Of a stretch of 64,000 nucleotides of DNA, positions 14,321 to 33,957 are shown one piece after another (positions within the stretch are counted from its first letter, which is position 1; each line of letters starts with the position of its first letter). The notes under the pieces are model-generated. The model was not told the origin of the DNA, searched no databases, and saw nothing but the letters and a program-made list of their open reading frames with translations. Made by a program: the position numbers and the translations under genes. Source of the DNA: the human T2T-CHM13v2.0 reference genome, Homo sapiens; NCBI RefSeq assembly GCF_009914755.1, contig NC_060928.1. One strand, written 5' to 3'.

Positions 14321-17089
14321 TCATTGTGTTTTAAAGGTACAGTGTTATAGCAGGACTTCAGGATATTTCACCAAAGTATGCAAATTTACTTTATTATTCC
14401 AAAGTAACAAAGAGGCACCTTGGATGTATATGCAAACCCCAGCAATTATGTCTTATTCACCCTTGCATTTTTAACATCTATCACAGTCCCTGGCCTGTAG
14501 CACATACTGGGTGCTTAATAAATATTTTAAAAATTAATCATGAGTGAAGTAAAGTAAAAAAGTATTGCAAGGACATTACATTCAGATGTTGCCTGTTTGA
14601 CTTCTGGATTCTCTCTCTCTGTTTGTGTATGTTTTATTTTTATTTTTCCTTACATAGCCAAGCTTTCTCCAGGGAAAAATATATCAGGGATGATATTTCC
14701 AAGCAACTTCATTTTTACATCCTTCTAGTTATGTGACTTCACAGACTCCCTTCTCCTCCCTTCTCCAGCTGCAAATGAAAAAGTCCTAGGGAGGGACTCT
14801 AATCAGCCCAGATTAGGTCATATGCCCACCCATATGGTGAGAGAGAACACAATACTGTTATTTTTTAAGAAAGTGTTTTTCCCATGAAAGTATATGCCAT
14901 TTATAAAAATTGTGGAAAATTTAGACAAGTATAAAAAAGAAAATATAAGTATTACACCATCCATAGAAATCCGGTGTTAACCTTTTGAGACCTATCTTTC
15001 CTTTTTATGGAACACTTTCATGGAAAATGGGAGGGGGGCCGCAGGGTCCACATGCTTAGCATGTTATTTCAGTTTCTATTTGTAAACACTTGAATTAATT
15101 ATTTACGAGGAAAGTTAGATGGAGATGGAAACCAACTAGACCCTATAATTTGCCTGTAAACACAACAAGTCTACGTGTTTGCAGGAAATAAGGAGAGAAA
15201 AGAATGATTCCACCTCTTTGATTGTATTGAGAATTTCTGTCTCTTTAAGAGATCCAGAAAGTATTTTTTCCCATTGCCGGTCTTGACTCACCTGGGTTAA
15301 GAAACACCTGTGTGCCTTCAGGGCAGTCTCTTTTGAACACTTGTATAAATTAAAATTTGCCTTTAGGGATTCCAAAGTTCTGTGTGAAAAATTACATGCA
15401 AGAGGAGTCTCAGCAAATCAGCTCCAATAGTTCTCATATCGCACAGGCCTTATTACACAGATTTTTAAAACAAACCTCCTATTTTGTTCAGATGAGCCAT
15501 TCAAAAATGTTTATTAAATACCTACTTTGGGCATAACACTATACATGCTATTTTGGGGATCATAAAGAAAATGGAGGCATGATTCCCATCTTAAAAAGCA
15601 AACTAATCATCTAAGTGGGGAGGTAGGTAAAATGAATTTATCAGCTTTAGTGTGAGGGAGAGGGCAGGATTTTAAAGCCGTAAATCCCAGTTTGACAAAC
15701 ATTCAGTTGAACAAATTTGGATTTTATTGCCCATCCCCACAATTCACTGTGTCACCGAGGCTTAAAATATGAATGACACAATGTTCCTCCCTGCAGGGCC
15801 GCTGATAGAACATGAAGTACCTCTTAAAGGGCAATAGAAATCTCATTCATATCCCTCTGGATTGGGCTTTGCAAAAATGTGTCCTCTTTTGACTGATCAA
15901 TTAGAAAAAAGCGACCCCTCTGGGCAGGCTAATTAGAAAAATGTGCCCCTTCCACAGCCCTGGGCTGAGCAGAGATACCATTTGTACCTCAGTAGCACAA
16001 TCTACATGAGGAATCTGCAGTTTATTCTCATTCTGCTGTCCTCACATTTTCTAATAATAACCAATCCTAATTCTTTGAGCCAGGTAAATAAGGGATGTTC
16101 TCATAGATATGGTACTCCACTGCCTCAAGTTGTTACTTTTTTCAAGTTGAGACTTTTTTTAACCTCTTGGCTTACCTACAGATTCCACAGTCTTTGTGCT
16201 ATGCTTATTATTTCAAGAGATATATATGTTTTTTCACCACATTGTTAGATAGATGGCAGAAGATCTGAAGGCTTGTCATAAGAAGCCCTGGGTAGCTGGG
16301 GTAGTTTTTGCCAATACATGCATTTCAGTGCTATGACTTATGGGCAGAGACAAGAGGGTTAGAGTACCTTCGAGTAAATACACAATCCTCCAGTGACCCC
16401 TCTGGCACTACATCAGAGGTTCTGCAATATAGCTCCAGGCAACAACTTGAAGCCAGCCAGAATTTATGGGGGAGCCTCTGCTGTGCTCAGCTTTTAAAAA
16501 TACCTGCACTACAGTGCTTGACAACTGGCTTCTGCTTAAGTGCATCTGATGACTCCAAATGAGCCTGATTGATATTCAGGCCGGACTGTCCTTGGGAGTG
16601 CTTTTGGGAGATGGCTCTCATTTGCAAAACTTTCTTTTGAGTCAGGGTTGTCTCAAGGGTGTAACTAGGTTGTTCCTATAAGTGGTTCCAAATAAATGGG
16701 GGCCTAAAGCTAAGAACTTTCAGCCTTTTCACACGCCTTGCTATAAATTGCCTGGGATTTGTTGGGACTACCATGTGTACTAAAGTTAGTATCCTGAAAA
16801 TAAATATTGTTTTGGATGGTTATCATCCTTGGTTAGAAAATAATTTGATTTCTAGCCATACTTCAGGGTTGGTAGCCAACAGCTGTTTGTAAAGCATGAG
16901 ATTTGCCTCTCTTTCATCTCTACTTGTTTACTCTACTCAACCTTCACTAAATAAATAATAATCTCACCAAATAAGAAGGATAATCTAGCCTCCCAGAAAA
17001 AGAATTAAGTTGTTTGTAGTTGCAGTATTTCTAGCAGTGGGGAGTTGAAGTTAACCTCAGGATTTACTGGGTAGTAAATGCACCCAAGG

Positions 17090-17380
17090 AGTATTATGCA
17101 GTGGTTAGAAACAATGACTTAAATGTACATGTAGCAACATGCATGGATCTAAAACACATCGTATCTAGTGGAAGAAGTAAGAAGCAGAGGTAAATATAGC
17201 ACATTAACATTCCCACAAGTCTAAAAATACGTGCATACAAGACAACACTATCCATATTGCAAAAATGCATACAAACAAAAAGGTAACACATCACAAAAGT
17301 TAAAATGGATGCTTGTGAGGGCAGGAGAGGAAAGGGAATGGGGTATTGAGAATGAAAGAGTAAATGGCATAAGAGTGACA
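17090..17380 (+). mobile_element. L1ME-type 3' fragment
   Basis: gagtattatgcagtggttagaaacaatga...gcaacatgcatggatct. Confidence 0.55.
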
Positions 17381-17743
17381 CTTACACAGAGCAATGATTA
17401 GCTCTACCCTCTGTTTGTCGGGATCAACAATAACAGCAAGAGATTTCTACTTTCCTTCCCTGGAGAGCTTCAGAAGGTCTGTTGGGGTCCCAAGAATCTG
17501 TTTTTAACAATCATTCTCTTTAAGTCTTCTCATCAGAAAAGTTGGAGAAACATTGTTCTAAAATCTAGATAAAACAGCTTACAACACCCACTTTCATTAA
17601 ATTCACTTCAAAGCAATCGCTGGAGAACTTGCTGAGAGTCTCTTATGAAAGGTGCAAAATGGGAGATACCAAAGAAGTAACATCTGCTCCCTGCCTTTAA
17701 TAAGCTAATACCAACATACCTGGAAAAATAAAATAGAATGAGT

Positions 17744-17800
17744 ACAGGCATACCTTGGAGATATTGTGTGTTCAGTTTCAGATCACTGCAATCATGCAAA
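17744..17800 (+). mobile_element. Tigger1 5' terminal fragment
   Basis: ta|caggcataccttggagatattgtgtgttcagtttcagatcactgcaat. Confidence 0.7.
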
Positions 17801-18134
17801 TATCCTTGCTTACACCAACTGTCAGGGCATTTTGAAGAAGAGATATTGAGTGCACTAAACATTTAGGGAAAACCTCATCAGGTGCTAGGCAGGTAGTATG
17901 AAGAGTTAGAAAGGGAAAGTGGTGTTGGCATTCTAGGAAAGAGAATGTTGAGCCAAGTTTCAGAACTGGGAATTGGCAGTGTGCACAATATCAGTGTGGC
18001 AGATATTCAACATGAAGGGCACATTTTGGATTGGCATGAGGAATGCAGTTGAACAAATCGGCTGAGAAAAGAGTAGGAAAGATTTTTAAACGCAGGGGGA
18101 AGGTTTAGATTGATCCCGGAAGAACAATACTACT

Positions 18135-18965
18135 CCCCCAATAAATCTCATGTACGTCTAATCCCATCTTGGCATCTGCTTCCCAGTGGACCTGAACTAA
18201 TGCAAGTGGTACTGACAATGATCCAAAACATAGTCAGTTGAGACAGCAATTTGGGACTGGCTCACCCTGCCCAGCAGGCAAAGAAGACATCACCCTGAAA
18301 AATAAGTGGGACACCCTGATACAAGGTGACAATTCAATTGCTAAAGATTTTAGTGGTGATGACCTGGGAAAATGTCCCAATAGAGGGAAGCAAACTTGCT
18401 AGGCAATGATTCATACAGGCATGGAATCTCATAGAACGTAGCATGCAACCACGAGACCCTCTTCAGAGTGAACGGGGTGTGAGAGTGGGCCCAGGGTCAT
18501 GGGATCCACTAGTCTTTGCATACTGTGGTCTAGAAGCAACCAGCTTCTTGGGACACTAGGATAACTTTTTAAAGGTACAGTTTCACTGTCAGTTCTGAAA
18601 CAGTACTTTGGAAGGATTCGGTACCATTTTCCAGAATAGCATATGCATTTAATCAGAGAGCCATACTATGTCCCAAATAGGAGGAATACGTGGGTCTAGA
18701 AACCAAGGGATGGAAACGTAGAGGCTTATTCCCATCACTCACTTGGGGTTTTGTCTTTCTCGTCCCCACAACTCTGGCCTCTGCAAGGCTGGAGGTCCCA
18801 AAGTGTGGCCCCTCTCTTTCCAAGGGACACAGCAAGGGTACTTTTGAACTACAAGCTTTGGCTGCCCCCAGCACACTCCCTATAACTCCTTGTGACTAGG
18901 GATTGGCCAGTGATTAGTCAATAGAATGGCAGGGGTAATTGACCCTGATTACCAGGAAGAACTGT
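18135..18965 (+). mobile_element. ERVL-class remnant: LTR 3' end plus collapsed internal sequence including dUTPase motif
   Basis: aataaa...catcttggcatctgcttcccagtggacctgaactaatgca then agtggtac; 18926 onward reads AGVIDPDYQEE (dUTPase motif III). Confidence 0.7.
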
Positions 18966-19172
18966 TACGAGATCCTGGCCAGCTTGCTCCAAGACTAAAA
19001 GTTCCATATTTTGTTTTGCTTATAAACTGTTTCCCAAAAAATGGACAGTACTTAGATTTTCTGACTGAACATTATATTGATATCGCTGCTCAAAAGTCAT
19101 TTGGGTTCTGCAGAGCAAAAAAAAGCAAGTTCACCTGGATGACACATAAATCAAATAAAAATGCTCTGGACA

Positions 19173-19192
19173 TGCCGAAACCCCGTCTCTAC

Positions 19193-19237
<45 letters not shown>

Positions 19238-19406
19238 TTAGCCGGGAGTGGTGGTGCGCGCCTGCAATCCCAGCTACTCAGGAGGCTGAGGCAGGAGAAT
19301 CACTTGAACAGGGAGGAGGAGGTTTCAGTGAGTCAAGATCACGCCACTGCACTCCAGCCTGGATGACAGAGTGAGACCCTGTCTCAAAAAAAAAAAAAAG
19401 AAAAAG
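19173..19406 (+). mobile_element. 5'-truncated Alu with (CA)n in the central linker
   Basis: gaaaccccgtctctacaaaa(ca)n gaattagccggg...; TSD aaatgctctggaca/aaatgcactgggca. Confidence 0.9.
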
Positions 19407-20117
19407 AAATGCACTGGGCAGATGAGCAGACAGAGAAGAACATCTAGTTTTGTTTTAAAGTAACAAGAGTCATAGTGGTTATTAAATGTTAAGCAAAAGA
19501 AGTTTGCCTTTAAGAGGTCATAATAAAATGTGATACAGTTTAAATAATGGAAATTTCATGGACTTTCTCAAACCAATTACTGAACTGGATCTTTTATTTT
19601 TACATGGGCACATGGAAACATTTCAAAGTAAAATACTAAATGTGACTTGTTTATCCAAAACAGCTTATAAAGAATTAATAAAAACAATGTGAAAACTTGT
19701 ACAAAATGAAACAGCAAATTAAATTAATCCAGAAGACAAATACTATTCCCGTCTTATAGATTCTCCACACCAGATGTGATAAATACTAATCAGATGGCAA
19801 TTGTGTGACACAGTTATGATGAAAATTCCTAGGAGCTATTTTTAGCTTTTTTGCCAACTGAAAATCATCTTCCAATGACTTCATTCAACAAAGTGAAGGT
19901 CCGAACAATCCTAACCTGCTGTTGGACAACTGTCATTGTCAGTCTTAGGACAACACGTGGTGAAAGTGAAACACAGGGGTGCAAACATGACTTTTAAACA
20001 TTAACAAATGTGTGTATGTGCCACGTAAGGCTCATTCCTTTAATCTCATTAGTGTTGGGTAAAAGTTTTCTGTCCTTCCAGTTTATCTCATCAATGAACT
20101 GCTTCAAATATGTAGGC

Positions 20118-20547
20118 TGTTTGGGGCTGAATTGTGTCCCCCTACACACATTTTAATACATTGAAGCTCTAAACCTGGTATCTCATAATGTGGTTGTATT
20201 TGGAGATAAGGTCTTTATAGAGGTGACCAAGTTAAAATGAGGCTGTTAGCATGGGCTCTAAACTGATCTGACTCATATCCTTATAAAAAAAGAGTCGGTC
20301 ATAAAAAGAGACACCAGGCATGTGCAGGCATCCTGAGGAAGGGCCATTCCAGAGGAAGGACCAGGTGAGGACGCAGAAAGGTGTCCATGCAGAAGGTGAC
20401 CATCTGCAAGCCATGGAGAGAGGCCTCAGAAGAAACCAAACTGCTGACATCTCAGTCTAGGACTTCCAAACCTATGAGAAAATAAATTTCTGTTGTTTAA
20501 GCCACCAAGTATGATACTTTATTATGGCAGTCCTAGCAAACTAATAC
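20118..20547 (+). mobile_element. MaLR solo LTR (MLT1B-like)
   Basis: gggctgaattgtgtcccc...ctagcaaactaataca. Confidence 0.85.
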
Positions 20548-21042
20548 ACAAGCAACTTGGATTTTTCTTTAAACTCAATGTATCCAGATGGTCTGTCCCC
20601 TGTAAGACTTTTTAAGCCTTGCGTTTTAAGGATTCTAACCTATATTTTTAAAGATTTGGAAGATAAAACCAAACTCAAATGAGAAGTAAATTGTTTATTT
20701 TTAAAAAATTGATACAGCCAATTATCCCATTTTAACTACAATCTGTACAGATGTTTTGGAACATTAAAAATACCTGATTTGAACATATATGAAGGGTATT
20801 TTGTCATCTTTAAATGTATATGTTCAAAATTTACAAGAAAAAAACAAACAGCCCCATTAAAAAGTGGGCAAAGGACATGAACAGACACTTCTCCAAAGAA
20901 GACATACAATGCAGCCAACAATCATATGAAAAAAAGCTCAGTATCACTGATCATTAGAGAAATGCACATCAAAACCACATTGAGATACCATCTCACACCA
21001 GTCAGAATGGCTATTATAAAAAGTCAAAAAATAACAGATGCT

Positions 21043-21350
21043 TGGCTCGTTGCGGTGACTGATGCCTGTAATCTCAGCACTTTAGGAGGCTGAGGCAGGC
21101 AGATTACCTGAGGTCAGGAGTTCGAGACCAGCCTGGCCAACATAATGAAACCCCGTCTCTACTAAAAACACACACACACAAAAAAAGAATTAGTTGGGCA
21201 TGGTGGCATGCACTTGTAGTCCCAGCTATTCAGGAGGCTGAAGCAGAAGAATCACTTGAATTTGGGAGGCAGAGGTTGCGGTGAACTGAGATCACACCAC
21301 TGCACTCCAGCCTGGGCAACAGAGCAAGACTTCATCTCAAATAAATAAAT
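21043..21350 (+). mobile_element. Alu (AluS-like) in L1
   Basis: Dimer; TSD aataacagatgct. Confidence 0.92.
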
Positions 21351-21550
21351 AATAACAGATGCTGGTGAGGTTGTAGAGAAAAAGGAATGCTTTTACACTG
21401 TTGGTGGGAGTGTAAATTAGTTCAACCATTGTGGAAGACTGTGTGGCAATTCCTCAAAGACCTAAAGACAGAAATTCCATTCAACCCAGCAATCCTATTA
21501 CTGGGTATATAACTAAAGAAATATAAATCATTCTGTTATAAAGACACGCG

Positions 21551-21856
<306 letters not shown>

Positions 21857-22869
21857 AAAGACATGCATGTGTATGTTCATTGCAACACTATTCACAATAG
21901 CAAAAACATGGAACCAACATAAATGCCCACCAATTATAGACTGGATAAAGAAAATGTGATACATATACATCAGGGAATACTATGCAGCCATAAAAAGGAA
22001 CAAGATCATGTCCTTTGCAGAGACATGGTTGAAGCTGGAGGCCATTATCCTTAGCAAGCTAATGCAGGAACAGAAAACCAAAAACTGCACATTCTCACTT
22101 ATAAGTGGGAGCTAAACTATGAGAATTCATGGACACATAGAGGAGAATAACACACACTGGGGCCTACTGGAGGGCAGGGAGTGGGTGGAGGAAAAGGATT
22201 AGGAAAAATAATTAATAGATACTTGGCTTAATACCTGGGTGATGAAATAATCTGTACAACAAATCCCCATGACACATGTTTACCTATGTAGCAAACCTGA
22301 ACATGTACCCTTAAACTAAAAATAAAAGTTAAAAAATATATTTAAAATAAATTTATATGTTCAACAACAGAAGAAATCTGTTAAGTTACTAAAATGTGAA
22401 AATGATAAAGATGAATTATAAAATCAATAGAAATTGTTTTGACATCAAGCAAATTATAACAAAAGTTTCAAATCATACCAGAAGCCATAATTCATTAAGA
22501 AATATAGATCATTTTTTTCAAACTGAAATAATGAATAGGTTCTTGGATTGTTTGGAAACAATTAATGAAGAGAATGATGCATAAAAGTACATTAACAAAA
22601 CAATAAACTCTTTCCTGATTTCACAATATTCTTCTAATATCACGCAAGATAACATACAGTTCATAATATTCTTCTAAACAGGTATATCAGTCTGCTATGG
22701 CAAGCTAGTTACTGAGTGTTGTCAATTCAAAGAGTATTTGAAATTAGTCATTCATTAGAAATCTTGAAATACCCTGAAATTTTATAGCATATGCATAAAA
22801 GAATCTGGATTGAGGTTTTCCTAAATTGAATGACAATTCTAAAAATTTATGAGACAGCATCAATAACAA

Positions 22870-27036
<4,167 letters not shown>

Positions 27037-27199
27037 TAGAAACTACAAAAACAAGGAATCTGATTTTTTATGTACCCACAAAAAGACAGTAGTCTGTGAT
27101 TAACTCAGAAAAAGAGAGCGAGAGAGAGAGAGGTATACAAAAGATGGGAAGTGGCAGGTATCTCCTACTTCTTCAGAACAGACTTCGGGTGAGTTAATT

Positions 27200-27370
27200 C
27201 CAACTCACTGATGATTTTAGATCTTGAACTTCTCCGAGAGATCATCTCATCTAATTTCCTTGGCTTATACATTCAAGAACTGAGAATCAAGATATTAAAT
27301 GACTTGTCCAAGGTCACATAAAATGTTAGTTACAGAATTGTCACTAGCACTTAAGTTCCTTGATTTCCAG
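27200..27370 (-). mobile_element. MIR SINE
   Basis: ttaaatgacttgtccaaggtcacata...gttagt core. Confidence 0.65.
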
Positions 27371-27635
27371 TACTCTAGACTCTAGTACTCTAGAAGCACT
27401 ATAGGGTTTCCAGCCAATCAGAGGACAAAAAAATCCCTCTCTCTCTCTCTCCTATTTTTTTTTTTTTTACCCTGGGCCAACCATAGGGTACCCCCAATAT
27501 ACAAGTAAAATTCTCTGATCACATTACTCATTTCAGAGAATAGCCATGAAAATGTGAATTTGCTTAGAGGATGGATAGCCTGGTTTTAACTGGCTATGAG
27601 GTTTGGTTGAGGATCAATGAGACAAAAGTACCTAG

Positions 27636-28411
<776 letters not shown>

Positions 28412-28439
28412 ATTATACCGGGTTTCCAAAATCATGCTG

Positions 28440-29300
28440 AAGAATTTATCTTTCACTCTCAGGCTCGTTACTGAAGAGTTTTGAGCAGGGAAGTGTCATA
28501 ATCAGAGTCGGGCTTTAGTGAAGACTTGCCTGGCAATTTATGGATGGATAGGCAATGAAGAAGGAAATGAAGGTAAAACAATCAGAAGGCTATAAAAGTG
28601 CAATTGAGAATTGGGGAGATAATGGACTAGATATGAGAAGGAGGCAAAACATGTAGCAGTGGAACTTATGGGAGAAACAGTGATGAGATTCAAAGGTCAC
28701 TGGAGAGAAAAATGACCAATATGTTACCTAGGTGACCAAAAGAGTGGCAGTACCATTAACAAAAATAAAAAATCAAGCGGATGAGTTTTAAGTTTTGAGC
28801 TGTTAATGCTGAAGTAAAATTGTGACTATGACCTGCAGAGAGTTGGAAGTGTGGGACTAGAATTTAAGAAAGGTTAGTTTATGTTGGACAGATGGAGTTA
28901 GATGGTGTTTGAGGTTTGGGGAGCTGAAAAATTCCCCAAAGAGATGGAGGGGGTGTGGGCTGGAGAAAGAGAAGGGGAACAAGAGACCCCATAGAGGTCA
29001 GTAGGGGAGGTGCCAATCCTAAAGGTACAATTAGCACTACGATTTTGCAATGCCTCTGAAGCCAGGAAGAGTGCTTCTAGAAGGAGAAAGAAGAGTTAAT
29101 GGTACCCAGAAGCCCATAGGGGTAGGAGCTAAAATAATTTCCGTGATGTCTCAGGAATCTTCAAATATAATTTTATTGGAGTAGTGTATGTGAGTCAGAT
29201 TTCAGAGGGCTAAGGAATGAGTGTGGATTGGGAAACTCCAAAAAGAAGTTTGACCATAAGAAAATAGAGCAAGAGAAAATGGTAACCAACCCAGAGAATG
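28440..29300 (+). mobile_element. L2 fragments
   Basis: actgaagagttttgagcagggaagtgtcataatcaga; purine-rich L2 texture. Confidence 0.55.
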
Positions 29301-29444
29301 GATAAACTCTGAGGATGAAAACATGCAGGGAAAGAAAAAAAAAATCCTAGAAAAACTTACTGTTTGGAGTCAGAAAGAGGAAGCCTGAAAAAGGGGAAGG
29401 ATTGGTTTGTGCCCAGGAAAACTAGATTGGCTAGAATGGGCGTT

Positions 29445-29470
29445 GGGGGCGGGGGGGGGGGGGGGCGGGG
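29445..29470 (+). repeat. Poly-G tract (G-quadruplex capable)
   Basis: G5-C-G15-C-G4. Confidence 0.9.
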
Positions 29471-32400
29471 AAATAACAGGTAATGATGTCCAAGGCAGCA
29501 GAAGGTGTCTAGGAACACCTTGGAAATATCAGGATCAGATATGCCCGGATTCCATTCCTGCCAAAAATAAAACATGAAAAGCTTATATGCATAGAAAACT
29601 CCTGGAGGTTTTATAATAGTAAACTTTCACAAGTGGTTTCCTCTGAAAAGTAGGACTCATGGAGATTTCTTTTTTGTATTTATTCTTCTGTATAATTGGA
29701 GTTTGAAATTTTTAAGATCATGAATATGTGTTTATTTATAATTTAAAATATTCAAATTTTTAACAACCTGTGTCAAGTTCAAAATTTTAAACAATTTGAT
29801 CTTGATGAATTGGAAGGAAAAATTGAAGAAGGTATCTCTTACTATATATGTACACTTCAGAATTTCTTCATGTGCATAAACTTCTTTTATAATTTAAAAA
29901 ATTATAAGAGAATATATTGTCATAAGGAAGAAAAATAAATAGTTGGCACTGTGTTCTATAACATTCACCTTTTAGTTCTGGGCAGGAAGATATAAAGTTC
30001 CTGCCCTCAGAGAGTAAAGAGACAGGACATGATGCAAAATAGCTTCTAAATCCCAGCCCAGTGTACAGAGTAAAAACATCGAGGGACAAATTAAAAGAAT
30101 TAACTCTAAAACTACATCTAAAGCCTTTAAGGTGCCTGTCATATGGGAGGCACTCAATAAATATTAGTTATTATGATTTGTCAAGTTATATTCATATTTA
30201 GTATATTATAAAATATAAATGTAGTAGCCTTAGGCCTCTAATAATTCCATTAATATTTACAGAACACAATGCCTGCACATGTGCCAGAGATGAGAAAATG
30301 AATGAGATATTATCCTTTCCTTAAAAGCTAATTGGCAAACAAAATATAAAAAGATATATAATAATGCAGGTCAGTGTATGCTGTGTTCCAAATATGTGAT
30401 CCAGACAAAAGTGGTTCTGCAATTTGAAGACGAGAAAAATCACAGAGGACAGGAGCAATTAGGAAAAGCTTGCAGAGATAAGACATGAATGGACCTTGGA
30501 GAATATGAAAGGAGAGAAAAGGGCATCCTGGGGGGAAAATGCAATGAACAGAGACTAGAAACAAAAAAGATGCGTGGTCTAAATATAATTTGTTATCCTA
30601 GATAGGACCCTGAAACAGCGAAAGGACTGTAGTATGAAAACTGATGTTTAGTCAAAAGTAATATACCGACATTGTTTTCTTAACTTTCACAAATGTAGCA
30701 TGATAATGTAAGATGTTAACTTTAGGGGAAACTGGATAAAGAGTAGACATATAGGAACTCTCTGTACCAACTTCATATTTTTTTCTGTACATCTAAAAAT
30801 TATTCCAAATTAAAGTTTATCTTTAAAACTGTGCATGGTAAGTTCATGAACTAGTGAGTAAACAAATACAGCCAAAGCTCAGAATTTAGTTAGAAAGATA
30901 ATGATAAATTAAGACGAACAGGTGGGTAAGTCCTAGATTGCAGAAGACTTTGAATGCCTGGCTAAAGATTTCTGATTTAATTCTGCAGTTCATGTAGTGT
31001 TATTGAAAGTAGCAGAACAATGAGGTGTTTGAAGGAGAAAGGAGCCTTCAAATAGGTGGCCCAGGAAATCTTATGTCACCATCATCATTGACTTTCATTT
31101 GTCCAACATCATGTTTTCTAAAAGCCACCACAAATGGCACACTAACATATTCTCATTCATATTTTCCTCAGTTATTAAAATGCTAATGTTTAGTAAAAAT
31201 ACCATGTGATGGGAGAGAAGCAAACAATGTAGCCCTCCCCTCATGAATAATGAAGCCCTACGTAATGATGACTTGGTCTCACTCAACATCCATAGTGCTA
31301 GAAGCAGACCTTTCTCTATGAAAAGTTAGTGTTGTCATGAGCTTCCATTTCTTTTACTGTCAGCCAAAAACAGTTCCCTGAAGCATATTGCTTCACTGTA
31401 GGAAAATCATTTCAAAGACCCTCCAAGTTGTGAAAATGTAAGGCAAACAGACAATCTTTGCCTGTGAGAGTTTGTGTGTAGGTGTAGGTGTCCAAAATGA
31501 GCATGTGTCTGTTGCTTAACAACATCTGGCTTTCTCCTTTGCATGCAACAGGGAGATTCATTGTTGGGGTATGCCGAGGTAGTCCAGTGGCAGGAAGAGA
31601 TGCTAAGACAGACCAAAGAAGGATTTATGGAGAAGACTTATGTGCTCCAGCATGACAAGAGGCTGGGATTGAGTTCTTTTCTAGCTTTGGCCCACCTGGC
31701 TTGGTGCTAAGCATTGAAGGGAAAAAATTGATGAGTGTGTGAATGTGACCTAAAATAGATGTGGTCTCAGAGCTCCAGAGGGACACTGGCAGGGTGATGG
31801 GAAGAAGAGAGCTGAATCAGTAGGAGCATCACAGCAGCCACAAACAAATGTCCTGATATCAGAATGTGCGGGACCCATCTTTAACCTCATGTGACAGAGA
31901 CCAAGCCAAGGTGTTAGTGGATTGTTCATACTTCCCAGATTTCTCTCTCGTCCTGGCTTTTTGCAGGACTGATCGCCTTTGAACTGAGTAAGTTCCTAGT
32001 GTTCTTACCCAAGCAGGCTGGCTGAGGGAGGCCTTAGGAAATAAGTGGACTTCCTATCACTAAGGGCAGGTAATAAATTGAATAAATAAATATGAGGCAA
32101 TTGTGTTTGTATTCCAAGCTAGCAAAGTGGATCATTCCAGATACACTATTGATGTGAATTTCTACAAAGTGAGTCATTTCCCCTATGGTCTTTTTTAACA
32201 TTTCTTAAATGTATTCCCACAACACCTGCAGTTCAGTGCACTGTTTTTGAGAATGTAAGAAGCAGAGTGCACAACCTACCTATGAGAAAAATGGACCCAG
32301 AGGACAGGAATGAGAGCTTCGTGAAGAGGAAACCTGCATGTACTAGTCTGATTCTTTTTTCCGCTTGTTTAGGACACACTACCATGCTGCCTGTTTGAAG

Positions 32401-33435
32401 CCATCTCACAGGATATTTGCAAGAGCCACTGGGATGTTAGTTCCATGAAAGGAAGAGTTCTGTGTTGCTTATTGACCTATACCAGGGCCTGGTAGATGCT
32501 CAGTAAATATTTACTGAACAAACCGATGAATCTAGTGAACTAAGGGACATCAGAATATCTAAATACTGCAAAGTAGGATTGAAGACTGATGATGGTTAAT
32601 GTCTGTCCACCAAAAACACTATTAGGGAGGGAGAAATTTTCTGGGAGAAGATTGTCAAGAGGAAAGAATACATTAATACAAATACACAGGGGAGAAAGCT
32701 TCTGTAATGGAGGGCTCCAGTCTAAGTCCCTTTAAGCTAAATTGAGCCAAGAGCATTGCCTTACTGATGAGTATTCCTTTGTAGAGGAAATAGAGATCTT
32801 TGAGAAGTGGAAGTAAATCTCAATTTTCTGGGCCTAATGCCAGATATTCTAGCACATTAAAGATGACAGACAAAGGAGATGACACCTTAAGATTTATTCC
32901 AGATTGTATATTTTCCTCCATTTGTGGGTTAGATTGTATATTTTTCTCCTTTTGTGGGTTGAGAAAGTAATAGAGAATGTGGGGAAAGAAGTTTTCTGCT
33001 GTTCTCTCTATAATTTTAGGAGCTACAGTATCTGGGAAGCTTGAGGTCTAACTAATCCTGTGATATCTAGACTAAGTGAGAAGAAATGGGTGGATCTCCA
33101 GGTAAAGGAAGATAGTAAGATGTATCTTGTCCACGAGTTCTTGTGGCTAAGTATGCACTAATAGTTGATTATCCCAAAGAGTTACTGAAAGGGCCAGGGT
33201 AGCTCTATTTACTGGGAAAGAGGGACATTTTATATTTGATTTGAAATGTTTGTTATACTGTCAGGAAACTCTATTGTTACAGATTTTCTGGGACTCTATA
33301 CTACATTTCCCCCTTTATTCTAATGTTGAGAGTGACCTAGTAAGTCAACTGTATCTTGCCATTTATAATTTGGGAAGAGTTTAGAAAAGACACAGGTCTA
33401 CAACGTTTTTATCTCATTCAGAAAAAATTGGAGGC

Positions 33436-33957
<522 letters not shown>

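Noticed and set aside
18926-19366. 146-aa ORF with a His-Thr repeat
   Set aside because: Chimera of ERVL, off-frame hAT, (CA)n and Alu sequence.
27368-27394. Palindrome-rich agtactctagactctagtactctaga
   Set aside because: Short slippage duplication at a MIR edge; too small to imply function.
31560-32150. Possible ancient LTR (tgttggggtatg...ccagataca with aataaa)
   Set aside because: TG...CA ends and a poly(A) signal are suggestive, but I cannot assign a family or find a TSD.
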